Source of the DNA: a virus | Taxonomy: Duplodnaviria; Heunggongvirae; Uroviricota; Caudoviricetes | Direction: 5' to 3' (one strand) | Virus record (IMG/VR): IMGVR_UViG_3300010261_000005 | Span: 1-32,133 of that record | Length of the DNA stretch: 32,133 nt | In this document: piece by piece, positions 19,594 through 28,653 of the stretch | How positions within the stretch are numbered: the stretch's first letter is position 1 | How the letters are laid out: each line of letters opens with the position of its first letter | Position numbers and translations under genes: made by a program | Notes under the pieces: generated by a model | What the model saw: only the letters and a program-made list of their open reading frames with translations | Database searches by the model: none | Told to the model about the DNA's origin: nothing

Positions 19594-20056
19594 CCCACTT
19601 GCTCACCAGTTCGCCATTGATATAAAGCTCCATCGGGCGGGTGACCGGCTCCGGCGGCGTGGGTTCCGGGATATTCTTCACATGCAGCGCACCGTCAATC
19701 TCACTGACCAGCGTGCGCTCGGTCAGCATCAGGCTGATACTGATATCAAAGCTGCTGTCATTGTTGATGTCTGCATAAAACGTGAAGCCCTTTTTCTGGC
19801 CTGCGTCGGTGGTCATGATGTCGGGCTGATTTTCCCGCAGCCACGCCAGCACCGGCACGATGAGCAGGTCAAAATCACCGGTAAAGTCGGTCACAATGAC
19901 ATTGAGCGTGTAACGCTTTTCGAATGACAGCGACGTCGCCAGCGTGGAGGCAATACTCCCGTTATCCACGAATATCCGCAGCATATCGGGGTTAGTTTTC
20001 AGCACCGTGACGGCATCAGTCAGCGCCCTGCGCAGGCTGTCGGGTTTGAGCATCAT
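19586..20056 (-). CDS. R: Tail completion protein R
   Basis: 156-aa ORF, P2 gpR-like in size and position; overlaps S start. Confidence 0.85.
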   Translation of the reverse strand: MMLKPDSLRRALTDAVTVLKTNPDMLRIFVDNGSIASTLATSLSFEKRYTLNVIVTDFTGDFDLLIVPVLAWLRENQPDIMTTDAGQKKGFTFYADINNDSSFDISISLMLTERTLVSEIDGALHVKNIPEPTPPEPVTRPMELYINGELVSKWDE

Positions 20057-20306
20057 TTTCGTCCTGACAGTGTTTAATCATTTTTACCTGGCTGGCACAG
20101 CGTGCCAGCGCGTTCTCAAGCTGCCGGATATCGGCACTTAAATCGCCGTTCGTCTCCGGGTCACTGCCCGGCATCGGGCAAAGACTCACTTTCGGGCAGG
20201 CGTTGTGGACAATCACTGGCGTCGGTGCAGGCCGGGCGCTGGTGCAACCGGCGCACAGCATCAGGCAGGTCAGCACCGTACCAGCGGCGAAAATCTTCGT
20301 TTTCAT
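20016..20306 (-). CDS. lysC: LysC (Rz1-like outer-membrane spanin lipoprotein)
   Basis: 96-aa ORF in an alternative frame spanning the 3' part of lysB and the 5' end of R; signal peptide with lipobox-like LCAGCTS; P2 lysC is 96 aa. Confidence 0.8.
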   Translation of the reverse strand: MKTKIFAAGTVLTCLMLCAGCTSARPAPTPVIVHNACPKVSLCPMPGSDPETNGDLSADIRQLENALARCASQVKMIKHCQDENDAQTRQPAQGAD

Positions 20307-20586
20307 TCAGTAACCTCGTGATGGTTTTCTCGCGCTGTGCTTCACGCTTCGCGGCGTTCTCCAGCTCCTGACGCAGTGCCACCTGCGCCAGCTCGTTTTT
20401 GTCTGCCCTGGTGAGGGCAACATGAAGCTGATTTTTCAGCATGGTGATGGTCGTCTGCTGCCCACTGGCGACATTGTTTGCCCTGTCCAGCGAGGCGCGC
20501 AGGCTGGCGTTTTCATGCTTCGCCAGAAACAGCCCCGCCACCGCCAGCGATAACAACACGACCAGCACAATCATCAGCTTTGACAT
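20161..20586 (-). CDS. lysB: LysB (Rz-like inner-membrane spanin)
   Basis: 141 aa with N-terminal TM helix (LMIVLVVLLSLAVAGLFLA); P2 lysB length and position. Confidence 0.85.
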   Translation of the reverse strand: MSKLMIVLVVLLSLAVAGLFLAKHENASLRASLDRANNVASGQQTTITMLKNQLHVALTRADKNELAQVALRQELENAAKREAQREKTITRLLNENEDFRRWYGADLPDAVRRLHQRPACTDASDCPQRLPESESLPDAGQ

Positions 20587-20999
20587 GGTTCCCGCCCCTC
20601 AAAACGCTGACGGCAGGCCGTACGTATCAGCCGGAAGAACACCGATGCCACGAGATAAATCAGCGCGGTAAAAATCCACCCGGCGGCAACCAGCGAGATA
20701 AACGTCGCCACCATCACCACCAGAGCCACCGCCCGTCTGTGCCACGGCACCGGCTGCAAAAACAGCGACGTGACAATCTTCACGGCCAGCGATTCCGGCG
20801 GCAGCTCCCGCCCGTAGCGTTCCAGCACATACTCAGTGGCATACACGCCGACACCACCGGCAACCACACAGATAACCGTCGCCAGAATCGCCCAGGCGGC
20901 GACAAAATTGACGGCCACGCTCTGCGGGTAAATCAGGGACAGTGCCAGCATCAGCGCCAGCGACACGTTCAGCATCAGTGAAAGGGATAATTTCTTCAT
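20574..20999 (-). CDS. lysA: LysA (lysis timing membrane protein)
   Basis: 141 aa, multi-TM hydrophobic protein; P2 lysA length and position. Confidence 0.85.
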   Translation of the reverse strand: MKKLSLSLMLNVSLALMLALSLIYPQSVAVNFVAAWAILATVICVVAGGVGVYATEYVLERYGRELPPESLAVKIVTSLFLQPVPWHRRAVALVVMVATFISLVAAGWIFTALIYLVASVFFRLIRTACRQRFEGREPCQS

Positions 21000-21013
21000 G
21001 GTGTTTACTCCGT

Positions 21014-21511
21014 TTAAGCCGGTACGCCGCCGGCGGTACGCCAGACGGTGACCAGTTTTTCCAGTGAATGCTCACGCTGACCGTAACCGGCACCCGGCAG
21101 GGACGCCCAGATATTGCGACAGCGTGAAATGGCGCGCTCAATGCGTCCCGCCCGGATGTCATCCAGTGCACCGCGTTCGCGGATCAACTGAATGGCGAGT
21201 CTGTCCTGCGACAACGGACTGAAATCCGGCAGGGCAAGCTGTTTGCGGTAGTGCGGCCAGAACAGGTAAAGCTGCTGATAGCGACCGGAGGCCGTGGATT
21301 TTTCACCGCGACGGTTAAACACCTTCGCCGGTCGGCCATGCGCGAACGGGTGGTCACTGTAGTCAGTGAAAATTTCCGGCTTCCCGTCCAGTCCGGTGAC
21401 TATCACGTCATAGCCCCGGTTTTTCGTCAGCGGATGATTCGCCGTCCCTTCGGACACGGCCAGCATGTCGAGAAAGGCAGCGATATTCTGATGCGTGTTA
21501 ATTACCGGCAT
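21014..21511 (-). CDS. K: Endolysin K (lysozyme)
   Basis: 165 aa, P2 gpK length and position. Confidence 0.9.
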   Translation of the reverse strand: MPVINTHQNIAAFLDMLAVSEGTANHPLTKNRGYDVIVTGLDGKPEIFTDYSDHPFAHGRPAKVFNRRGEKSTASGRYQQLYLFWPHYRKQLALPDFSPLSQDRLAIQLIRERGALDDIRAGRIERAISRCRNIWASLPGAGYGQREHSLEKLVTVWRTAGGVPA

Positions 21512-21792
21512 TACTGTTTCCCCCTGCCCTTAAAGCGGCGCTGAATGGCAATCTCAATCACCTGATAACCGGCGATACCCAGCATGGAGCCGATACCGCA
21601 CACCGCAGGCAGTGACAGGTCAGGGAACTGCACCAGAACAACACCGGCAACCATCGAGACAAAACCACCGAGCAACATGCGCCCGATAAACAGACGCGGG
21701 GTGATGGGTTCACCACCGGCAAGCACCTTGCCGACAACAATCAGCACCCCAATCATGAAAAGCGACAGGACGCTTTTTTCTTCTGCTGTCAT
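21511..21792 (-). CDS. Y: Holin Y
   Basis: 93 aa with hydrophobic helices; P2 gpY length and position directly upstream of K. Confidence 0.9.
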   Translation of the reverse strand: MTAEEKSVLSLFMIGVLIVVGKVLAGGEPITPRLFIGRMLLGGFVSMVAGVVLVQFPDLSLPAVCGIGSMLGIAGYQVIEIAIQRRFKGRGKQ

Positions 21793-21795
21793 GCG

Positions 21796-21999
21796 TTACT
21801 CCCACAGATTGACAGTTTCAGCCACGGGCGCGGTCTGAACGTCGGGCAGTTCGACGGCGGTGCCGTGTGGCAGCACCGCACCCAGTTCAGCCAGTCCCGG
21901 ATTTGCGGCGAGCACGGTCTCAACCACGCCCTCAGTGCGCCCGTAATACCGGACACAAATGGCGTCGAGCGTGTCGCCCTGTAGCGCAAAGGTCTTCAT
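21796..21999 (-). CDS. X: Tail protein X
   Basis: 67-aa product MKTFALQGDTLDAICVRYYGRTEG... (P2 gpX length); ATG overlaps the L stop (ATGA). The 90-aa track ORF is an upstream extension. Confidence 0.85.
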   Translation of the reverse strand: MKTFALQGDTLDAICVRYYGRTEGVVETVLAANPGLAELGAVLPHGTAVELPDVQTAPVAETVNLWE

Positions 22000-22508
22000 C
22001 AGATTTGACTCACGATGCAGCGCGGCTTGTCCTGGATACGCGCCACCGCCCAGCGCATATCCCGCCAAAGTTCATCAATGGTGCTGTCAATGCTGTCAGC
22101 CTTCTTGTCGCCTTTCGCACTGGCATCCACGCCGCGATAACGCTCATAAAGCGACGCGGTCGCCATCGCACACACGGCGCGCTCGTAGTAAAAAACTTTG
22201 ATGCTTTCACCGTCGATATCGTCTGCCGGAACGTCCGCCAGACGCGTAAAACCGGCGGCAATTTTCTGTTCGCGGTACTCGTACAGCTCCGCATTTGTTT
22301 CCGCCATGCCTGACTTGATGGCCTCACGCAGACGGGCGGGGGCGACGGTCTGCTCAAGGCGCATACGTTCCCGGACGCGCTTCGGGTCGATATCGGGAAA
22401 AAAGAACGTGTTTTTAATCACCGGCTCGTCGCCTGCCGGTTGCGGGATGACCACCGTACCCTCACCGGATACAGGAGCCTCCTTTCGCGGAATAATCAGC
22501 GTCATCAT
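21999..22508 (-). CDS. L: Head completion protein L
   Basis: 169 aa from MMTLIIPRKEAP... with GAGGTAG RBS; the track ORF (189 aa) starts 20 codons upstream. Confidence 0.85.
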   Translation of the reverse strand: MMTLIIPRKEAPVSGEGTVVIPQPAGDEPVIKNTFFFPDIDPKRVRERMRLEQTVAPARLREAIKSGMAETNAELYEYREQKIAAGFTRLADVPADDIDGESIKVFYYERAVCAMATASLYERYRGVDASAKGDKKADSIDSTIDELWRDMRWAVARIQDKPRCIVSQI

Positions 22509-22607
22509 GACTACCTCTGAAAAGTCGGGCGGTGGACGCCGGTGCAGTGTCAGGTGATTCACCCTCACTGACCGGCGTGCCGCCCTGGCGCGGGGCGCAT
22601 TCGGTTG

Positions 22608-23351
22608 TTAACTGGCTTTCTTTTTCGGGCGTCCACGTTTTGCCGGTGTCGCACTCCGGGTCTTACGCGGGGCGCGGGTGGCCGCTTTTGGCTGCGGCTC
22701 CGGCTTCGGTTTCAGCTCCCGCTCCAGTCGTTCAATCTCTTTTTTGACGCCTGCCTGACAGTCGAGCTGTGTCGCACGTTGCAGATGCGCCAGCGCACCT
22801 GCGGCATCACCAGCGTCACGCAGAAACAGACCGGTGATTTTGTGCAGCTTTGCGCGCACTTCATCAGGCATGTCAGCCGTGGCGGTCAGTTCAAGGGTCT
22901 CCGTCAGCAGGCGGGTATCCACAGACTCACCGGCAGCGTGAGCACGCATGGCCGCGAGCGCCACCTCCTCGGTGAACATGTACGGCGGGGTGCGGCGGTG
23001 TTTACCCGGCATGGTCAGACCGTACTTCAGGGCATAACGGGCAATCTCCAGCGCACCGGCAATATCGCCGGTATCCAGACGCCACAGCATGACCGTCATC
23101 AGAATGTCATCCTGTGCGCCTTTGCCCTGCTCCAGCACGCCGTTCACCCACGGCAACCAGAACGGCAGCAGTTCGCGCTTTTTCGCGGCCTTCAGCTCTT
23201 TTGAATAAATCGCTTTCAGTGTGCGCTGGTCTGCGGCGAGCTTAACCAGCATCTGCTCATAGACAGTTGCATGTCGCAGCGGGGCGGCTTCCCGCTGCGC
23301 GGTCATCGCTGCCGAGACCCGCATCATGTGGCGCTGTGCGGGACTCGTCAT
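22608..23351 (-). CDS. M: Terminase small (endonuclease) subunit M
   Basis: 247 aa, P2 gpM length; basic C-terminal tail (RKTRSATPAKRGRPKKKAS). Confidence 0.9.
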   Translation of the reverse strand: MTSPAQRHMMRVSAAMTAQREAAPLRHATVYEQMLVKLAADQRTLKAIYSKELKAAKKRELLPFWLPWVNGVLEQGKGAQDDILMTVMLWRLDTGDIAGALEIARYALKYGLTMPGKHRRTPPYMFTEEVALAAMRAHAAGESVDTRLLTETLELTATADMPDEVRAKLHKITGLFLRDAGDAAGALAHLQRATQLDCQAGVKKEIERLERELKPKPEPQPKAATRAPRKTRSATPAKRGRPKKKAS

Positions 23352-23354
23352 CGG

Positions 23355-24428
23355 TTACGCTCCCGGCTCTGCGGTCGCTTTAGCCGGTGTGGAGAAGTCA
23401 CCGACCTTGATTTTTTCCACCAGACAACCGGCGGCGTAGTCTTCCACCACGTAATCAATGTTCATTGACTCGTAGTTCTCCACGCGGTCGAGTTTCGGGT
23501 TTTCCACAATCACGCGGCGATGGCTGTCATCCATGTAGTAGATGGACAGGTTTTCCAGCTTCGTAATGAGCATCGCATCCGCCGGGAAGTACGGGACGCG
23601 TACCGCCGGCAGGTTACCGATGCGTTTCTGGCTGATGATGACGTCAGCGGCCAGCATTTCGCTGTTGTCCTGCTCCCTGTTGACGATGGGGAAATACTTG
23701 TCCGCCAGTAGCTGACGCCCCACAATCACCACAAGGTCAGGGTCTTCCTGATACCACGGCTCAATCAGGTTGTTGGTCGCATCCATCACCAGTGCATCGA
23801 GGCTGGCATAATCACCGCCCTTACCCACGCGGATGACCTCAGAGGTGGTGTGACCTTCCTCGTCAGTAACCTTGCTCATCACGCGCGCCGGGGCTTCATT
23901 GCGGTATTTCTGCAGCCAGCCGACCGCCACATCCTGCAGCATCGGATTACTGTTGCGGTCAGAGGTTTCGGCACGCTTCACGCCGTTAAAACCGGCCATG
24001 ATGAAATCAAGGGACTGGCGTTTGATAATGGCGTTACGGATACGGAGCTGGAAATCCTGATAACGCGCCCACAGGTCAAGCGTTTTGTAGCGGATATAAA
24101 AATCGAAGTTAACCTGGTCGCATTCGTACTTGTTTGACGCCAGCTTCGAGAAGTCCTTCGGCTGACGCTCGGTGCCACCGGCGGTGTCGGTGGTGCTGGC
24201 GATGGAGCCGGTGACACCGATACCAATTTTTTCCCCTTTCATTTCACTGACCGGCACAATGTTGATGCGGGTCAGAAAGTCAGAGGACTCCTGCATGGTG
24301 TTCATCAGGGTCTGGGTGACCGACGGTTCAACGGTGAATTTTTTCGACACATCACCGGCGTCGATGCCGTTCAGCTCGGCAACACGGGACAGGTAAGCAT
24401 TAAATTTAAAGCGGGTTTCCTGGCGCAT
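23355..24428 (-). CDS. N: Major capsid protein N
   Basis: 357 aa, P2 gpN length and position. Confidence 0.9.
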   Translation of the reverse strand: MRQETRFKFNAYLSRVAELNGIDAGDVSKKFTVEPSVTQTLMNTMQESSDFLTRINIVPVSEMKGEKIGIGVTGSIASTTDTAGGTERQPKDFSKLASNKYECDQVNFDFYIRYKTLDLWARYQDFQLRIRNAIIKRQSLDFIMAGFNGVKRAETSDRNSNPMLQDVAVGWLQKYRNEAPARVMSKVTDEEGHTTSEVIRVGKGGDYASLDALVMDATNNLIEPWYQEDPDLVVIVGRQLLADKYFPIVNREQDNSEMLAADVIISQKRIGNLPAVRVPYFPADAMLITKLENLSIYYMDDSHRRVIVENPKLDRVENYESMNIDYVVEDYAAGCLVEKIKVGDFSTPAKATAEPGA

Positions 24429-24486
24429 AGTTTTTCCTGAAATTAAGGGTTAATCGTGAAGGTTTTCCCGGACTGACTGACGCCGG

Positions 24487-25341
24487 TCAGCAGTTCGTCA
24501 TCAGGGCGTCACCGCCACCACCGGTGGCCTTGCTGCGGCGCTGCTGGGTCAGACTTTCGGTGTGGTCGAGACTGTTTTTCAGGCGGGTGAATGCCTGGCT
24601 GGTTTCATCCGCCCTGTCAGTCACCTCCTGCTTAAGTGCGGAAAAGGCGGTTTCCATCTCAGCGAGGCGCTGCTCAGTGGCGCTCAGTTTTTCCTGCACA
24701 TGTTCAGCAACAGCGGTCACCGCTTCATGCACGTCATTCAGACGGGCGTCATCGCTGGCCTGTTTGCGGCCAAAAATGGATTTCACCTTTTCGGTCAGGG
24801 CGGTGAACACGGTTTCAGGCAGGTCTTCAAATTCCAGCTCAACAGGCGTTGCCACTGAAATCAGGTTTTCAGGGCTTAATTTGAAGCGGTTCAGGGGGTT
24901 GTGTTTTGCCGTGCGGCAGAATTCCAGGTATTCCGTGCCGAGGCTTGCCGGGTCATCGGTGACGGCCAGCCCCACCAGATAACATTTGCCGGTGTTGGCA
25001 AAGTTCGGCTGAATTTCCATTGAGGTGTAGACCTTCTGCGCGGCCTTGTTCATCGCGATAAGGTCATCGGTCGGGGTGATTTTCGCAAACAGCGCCCATT
25101 TGCCTTTCAGCGCCGAATCATCGTCAATCTTTTCGGCCTTCAGTTCGGCCACATCGCCATAACGCTTAAAAATACCGTCAGGCAGGATGCCGCGCAGATG
25201 TTCCAGGTTAATGCGGCAACCATAGACTCGCGGGTCAAAGGTTTCGGCCATTTCCTGAATATCCTGCGCACTGATGACACGCCCGTCACAGGTGTCACCC
25301 TCAACGCCGATACGAAAGAATTTTGAGACTTTTTTTGCCAT
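24487..25341 (-). CDS. O: Capsid scaffolding protein O
   Basis: 284 aa from MAKKVSKFFRIGVEGD... (P2 gpO length); the track ORF has a 22-codon upstream extension. Confidence 0.85.
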   Translation of the reverse strand: MAKKVSKFFRIGVEGDTCDGRVISAQDIQEMAETFDPRVYGCRINLEHLRGILPDGIFKRYGDVAELKAEKIDDDSALKGKWALFAKITPTDDLIAMNKAAQKVYTSMEIQPNFANTGKCYLVGLAVTDDPASLGTEYLEFCRTAKHNPLNRFKLSPENLISVATPVELEFEDLPETVFTALTEKVKSIFGRKQASDDARLNDVHEAVTAVAEHVQEKLSATEQRLAEMETAFSALKQEVTDRADETSQAFTRLKNSLDHTESLTQQRRSKATGGGGDALMTNC

Positions 25342-25514
25342 TGTCAGGAGTCCTGAATAGTGATTAGAGGAGTCACATGTCGGCATCAGTTTCCCGACGA
25401 TGCGCATCCTCCGCCATCAGTCCCGGATGGCTTATCACTGACACAACAGCACCTTAGCGAATCGCGGGGCGCGACTCAGTAGCCTTGCCGTGTATTCATC
25501 ACGGCGAGGTATTC
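25342..25514. promoter_or_regulatory. Divergent late promoter region (P_O leftward, P_P rightward), presumed Ogr-dependent
   Basis: 173-bp non-coding gap between divergently transcribed O and P, as in P2. I could not locate an exact TGT-N12-ACA activator dyad by eye, so this is positional inference only. Confidence 0.4.
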
Positions 25515-27287
25515 ATGACCATCACCACAGACACCACTCTTTTACACGACCCGCGTCGTCAGGCGGCGCTGCTGTACTGGCAGGGGTTTTCCGTGCCGCA
25601 GATTGCCGCCATGTTGCAGATGAAACGCCCGACGGTGCAGAGCTGGAAACAGCGCGACGGCTGGGACAGTGTTGCCCCCATCAGCCGTGTCGAAATGAGT
25701 CTGGAAGCGCGGCTGACCCGGCTCATCATCAAACCGCAGAAAACCGGCGGTGACTTCAAGGAAATTGACCTGCTCGGACGCCAGATTGAACGACTGGCAC
25801 GGGTAAACCGCTACAGCCAGACCGGCAACGAGGCAGACCTTAATCCGAACATCGCTAACCGCAACAAAGGCGGGCGTCGCAAACCGAAAAAGAATTTTTT
25901 CAGCGACGAGGCCATCGAAAAGCTGGAGCAGATTTTCTTTGAGCAGTCTTTCGAATATCAGTTGCACTGGTATCGCGCCGGGCTTGAGCACCGCATCCGC
26001 GATATCCTGAAATCCCGCCAGATTGGCGCGACGTTTTATTTTTCCCGCGAGGCGCTGCTGCGCGCCCTGAAAACCGGTCATAACCAGATTTTTCTGTCGG
26101 CCAGTAAAACGCAGGCGTATGTGTTCCGCGAATACATCATCGCCTTTGCCCGGCTGGTTGACGTTGACCTGACCGGTGACCCGATTGTCCTGGGCAATAA
26201 CGGCGCAAAACTGATTTTTCTCGGCACCAACTCCAACACCGCACAGAGCCATAACGGCGACCTGTACGTCGACGAGATTTTCTGGATCCCGAATTTTCAG
26301 GTACTGCGTAAGGTGGCATCAGGTATGGCCTCACAGAGTCACCTGCGCTCGACCTATTTCTCCACCCCGTCCACGCTGGCGCACGACGCCTACCCGTTCT
26401 GGTCGGGTGAACTGTTCAACCGGGGACGCGCCAGCGCCGCCGAACGCGTGGAAATCGACGTCAGTCATAACGCCCTTGCCGGAGGTCTTCTCTGTGCGGA
26501 CGGCCAGTGGCGGCAGATTGTCACCATTGAGGATGCCCTGAAAGGCGGCTGCACGCTGTTCGACATTGAGCAGCTCAAACGTGAAAACAGCGCCGACGAT
26601 TTTAAAAACCTGTTCATGTGTGAATTTGTTGACGACAAGGCGTCGGTGTTCCCGTTCGAGGAGCTGCAACGCTGCATGGTCGACACGCTGGAAGAATGGG
26701 AAGACTATGCGCCGTTTGCCGCCAATCCGTTCGGCTCCCGCCCGGTATGGATTGGTTACGACCCGTCACACCGTGGCGACAGCGCCGGATGCGTGGTACT
26801 GGCACCGCCGGTGGTGGCCGGTGGCAAATTCAGAATACTTGAGCGTCACCAGTGGAAAGGTATGGACTTTGCCACTCAGGCGGAATCCATCCGCAAACTC
26901 ACCGAAAAATACAACGTCGAATACATCGGTATTGATGCCACCGGCCTCGGTGTCGGCGTGTTCCAGCTCGTGCGCTCGTTCTATCCCGCCGCACGCGACA
27001 TCCGCTACACGCCGGAAATGAAAACCGCAATGGTGCTCAAGGCAAAAGACGTTATCCGCCGAGGCTGTCTGGAATATGACGTCAGCGCCACCGACATCAC
27101 CAGCTCGTTTATGGCTATCCGCAAGACCATGACCAGCAGCGGACGCAGTGCCACCTATGAGGCCAGCCGCAGCGAGGAAGCCAGCCACGCCGACCTCGCC
27201 TGGGCGACCATGCATGCCCTGTTAAATGAGCCACTCACCGCCGGTATCAGCACCCCGCTGACATCCACCATTCTGGAGTTTTACTGA
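25515..27287 (+). CDS. P: Terminase large (ATPase) subunit P
   Basis: 590 aa from MTITTDTTLLHDPRRQAALLYWQGFSVPQIAAM... (P2 gpP length), GAGGT RBS; the track ORF start at 25485 is an extension. Confidence 0.9.
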   Translation: MTITTDTTLLHDPRRQAALLYWQGFSVPQIAAMLQMKRPTVQSWKQRDGWDSVAPISRVEMSLEARLTRLIIKPQKTGGDFKEIDLLGRQIERLARVNRYSQTGNEADLNPNIANRNKGGRRKPKKNFFSDEAIEKLEQIFFEQSFEYQLHWYRAGLEHRIRDILKSRQIGATFYFSREALLRALKTGHNQIFLSASKTQAYVFREYIIAFARLVDVDLTGDPIVLGNNGAKLIFLGTNSNTAQSHNGDLYVDEIFWIPNFQVLRKVASGMASQSHLRSTYFSTPSTLAHDAYPFWSGELFNRGRASAAERVEIDVSHNALAGGLLCADGQWRQIVTIEDALKGGCTLFDIEQLKRENSADDFKNLFMCEFVDDKASVFPFEELQRCMVDTLEEWEDYAPFAANPFGSRPVWIGYDPSHRGDSAGCVVLAPPVVAGGKFRILERHQWKGMDFATQAESIRKLTEKYNVEYIGIDATGLGVGVFQLVRSFYPAARDIRYTPEMKTAMVLKAKDVIRRGCLEYDVSATDITSSFMAIRKTMTSSGRSATYEASRSEEASHADLAWATMHALLNEPLTAGISTPLTSTILEFY

Positions 27288-28321
27288 TGAGCAAGAAAAA
27301 AGGGAAAACACCGCGACCTGCGGCAAAAAAAATGACTGCCAGCGCCCCGAAAATGGAGGCATTCACCTTTGGTGAGCCGGTGCCGGTACTCGACCGCCGT
27401 GACATTCTGGATTACGTCGAGTGCATCAGTAACGGCAGATGGTATGAACCGCCGGTCAGCTTTACCGGTCTGGCAAAAAGCCTGCGTGCTGCCGTGCATC
27501 ACAGCTCCCCGATTTACGTCAAACGCAATATTCTGGCCTCGACATTTATCCCGCATCCGTGGCTTTCCCAGCAGGATTTCAGCCGCTTTGTGCTGGATTT
27601 TCTGGTGTTCGGTAATGCGTTTCTGGAAAAGCGTTACAGCACCACCGGTAAGGTCATCAGACTGGAAACCTCACCGGCAAAATATACCCGCCGTGGTGTG
27701 GAAGAGGATGTTTACTGGTGGGTGCCGTCCTTCAACGAGCCGACAGCCTTCGCGCCCGGCTCCGTGTTTCACCTGCTGGAGCCGGATATTAATCAGGAGC
27801 TGTACGGCCTGCCGGAATATCTCAGCGCCCTTAACTCTGCCTGGCTGAATGAGTCAGCCACGCTGTTCCGCCGCAAGTATTACGAAAATGGCGCACATGC
27901 CGGATACATCATGTACGTCACCGATGCCGTGCAGGACCGCAACGATATCGAAATGCTTCGCGAAAACATGGTTAAGTCGAAAGGCCGCAATAACTTTAAA
28001 AATCTGTTTCTCTATGCCCCACAGGGGAAAGCCGACGGCATTAAAATTATCCCGCTCAGTGAAGTGGCAACGAAGGACGATTTTTTTAATATCAAAAAAG
28101 CCAGCGCCGCTGACCTGCTGGACGCGCACCGCATCCCCTTTCAGTTGATGGGGGGCAAGCCGGAGAACGTCGGGTCGCTGGGTGATATTGAAAAAGTGGC
28201 AAAGGTCTTTGTCCGCAATGAGCTTATCCCGTTACAGGACAGGATTCGGGAAATAAACGGCTGGCTCGGTCAGGAAGTCATCCGCTTTAAAAACTACTCA
28301 CTGGACACTGACAACGACTGA
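27287..28321 (+). CDS. Q: Portal (capsid vertex) protein Q
   Basis: 344 aa, P2 gpQ length; ATG overlaps the P stop. Confidence 0.9.
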   Translation: MSKKKGKTPRPAAKKMTASAPKMEAFTFGEPVPVLDRRDILDYVECISNGRWYEPPVSFTGLAKSLRAAVHHSSPIYVKRNILASTFIPHPWLSQQDFSRFVLDFLVFGNAFLEKRYSTTGKVIRLETSPAKYTRRGVEEDVYWWVPSFNEPTAFAPGSVFHLLEPDINQELYGLPEYLSALNSAWLNESATLFRRKYYENGAHAGYIMYVTDAVQDRNDIEMLRENMVKSKGRNNFKNLFLYAPQGKADGIKIIPLSEVATKDDFFNIKKASAADLLDAHRIPFQLMGGKPENVGSLGDIEKVAKVFVRNELIPLQDRIREINGWLGQEVIRFKNYSLDTDND

Positions 28322-28325
28322 ACAT

Positions 28326-28348
28326 CGCCGCCTGCGGGCGGCTTTTTT
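28326..28348 (+). terminator. Rho-independent terminator after Q
   Basis: CGCCGCC-tgcg-GGCGGC followed by TTTTTT, 5 nt after the Q stop. Confidence 0.65.
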
Positions 28349-28432
28349 ACACCCTCACATGCTCACCACCGCACAAAACACCCCGCAGACACACCAACGC
28401 CCCGGCGCACAATCCAAACGCCGTCACGACGC

Positions 28433-28461
28433 GCTGAGACGCTGAGACGCTGAGACGCTGA
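28433..28461. repeat. Tandem 8-bp direct repeat (GCTGAGAC x3 plus partial) adjacent to cos
   Basis: gctgagacgctgagacgctgagacgctga read directly from the sequence. Confidence 0.8.
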
Positions 28462-28493
28462 AAAAATAAAATCAGCACCACCGCCAGCGCGCA

Positions 28494-28512
28494 GTGCTTT
28501 CCCCGCCTCGCC
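28494..28512. other. cos site (19-nt cohesive end sequence)
   Basis: gtgctttccccgcctcgcc is the reverse complement of GGCGAGGCGGGGAAAGCAC, which I recall as the P2 cohesive end; located just beyond Q as in P2. Confidence 0.65.
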
Positions 28513-28653
28513 CGCCCGCTTCATGGGGCGGTTTTAATGCAGGTGCATCATCCCCCCGGCAAGCGCCTGTTCTGGTGCTCGCTGTCAAAAGATATATTTG
28601 AAAATGAATGCAAATTTATGCACCTAATGCAGGCGAGGCTAAAAAGAACATCT

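Noticed and set aside
25542-26252. 236-aa minus-strand ORF inside terminase gene P (also 26331..26669, 26766..27215)
   Set aside because: Antisense to P; no independent support.
28433-28461. Possible CRISPR array from the tandem repeat next to cos
   Set aside because: Repeat unit is only 8 bp with no spacers; a simple tandem direct repeat, not a CRISPR.
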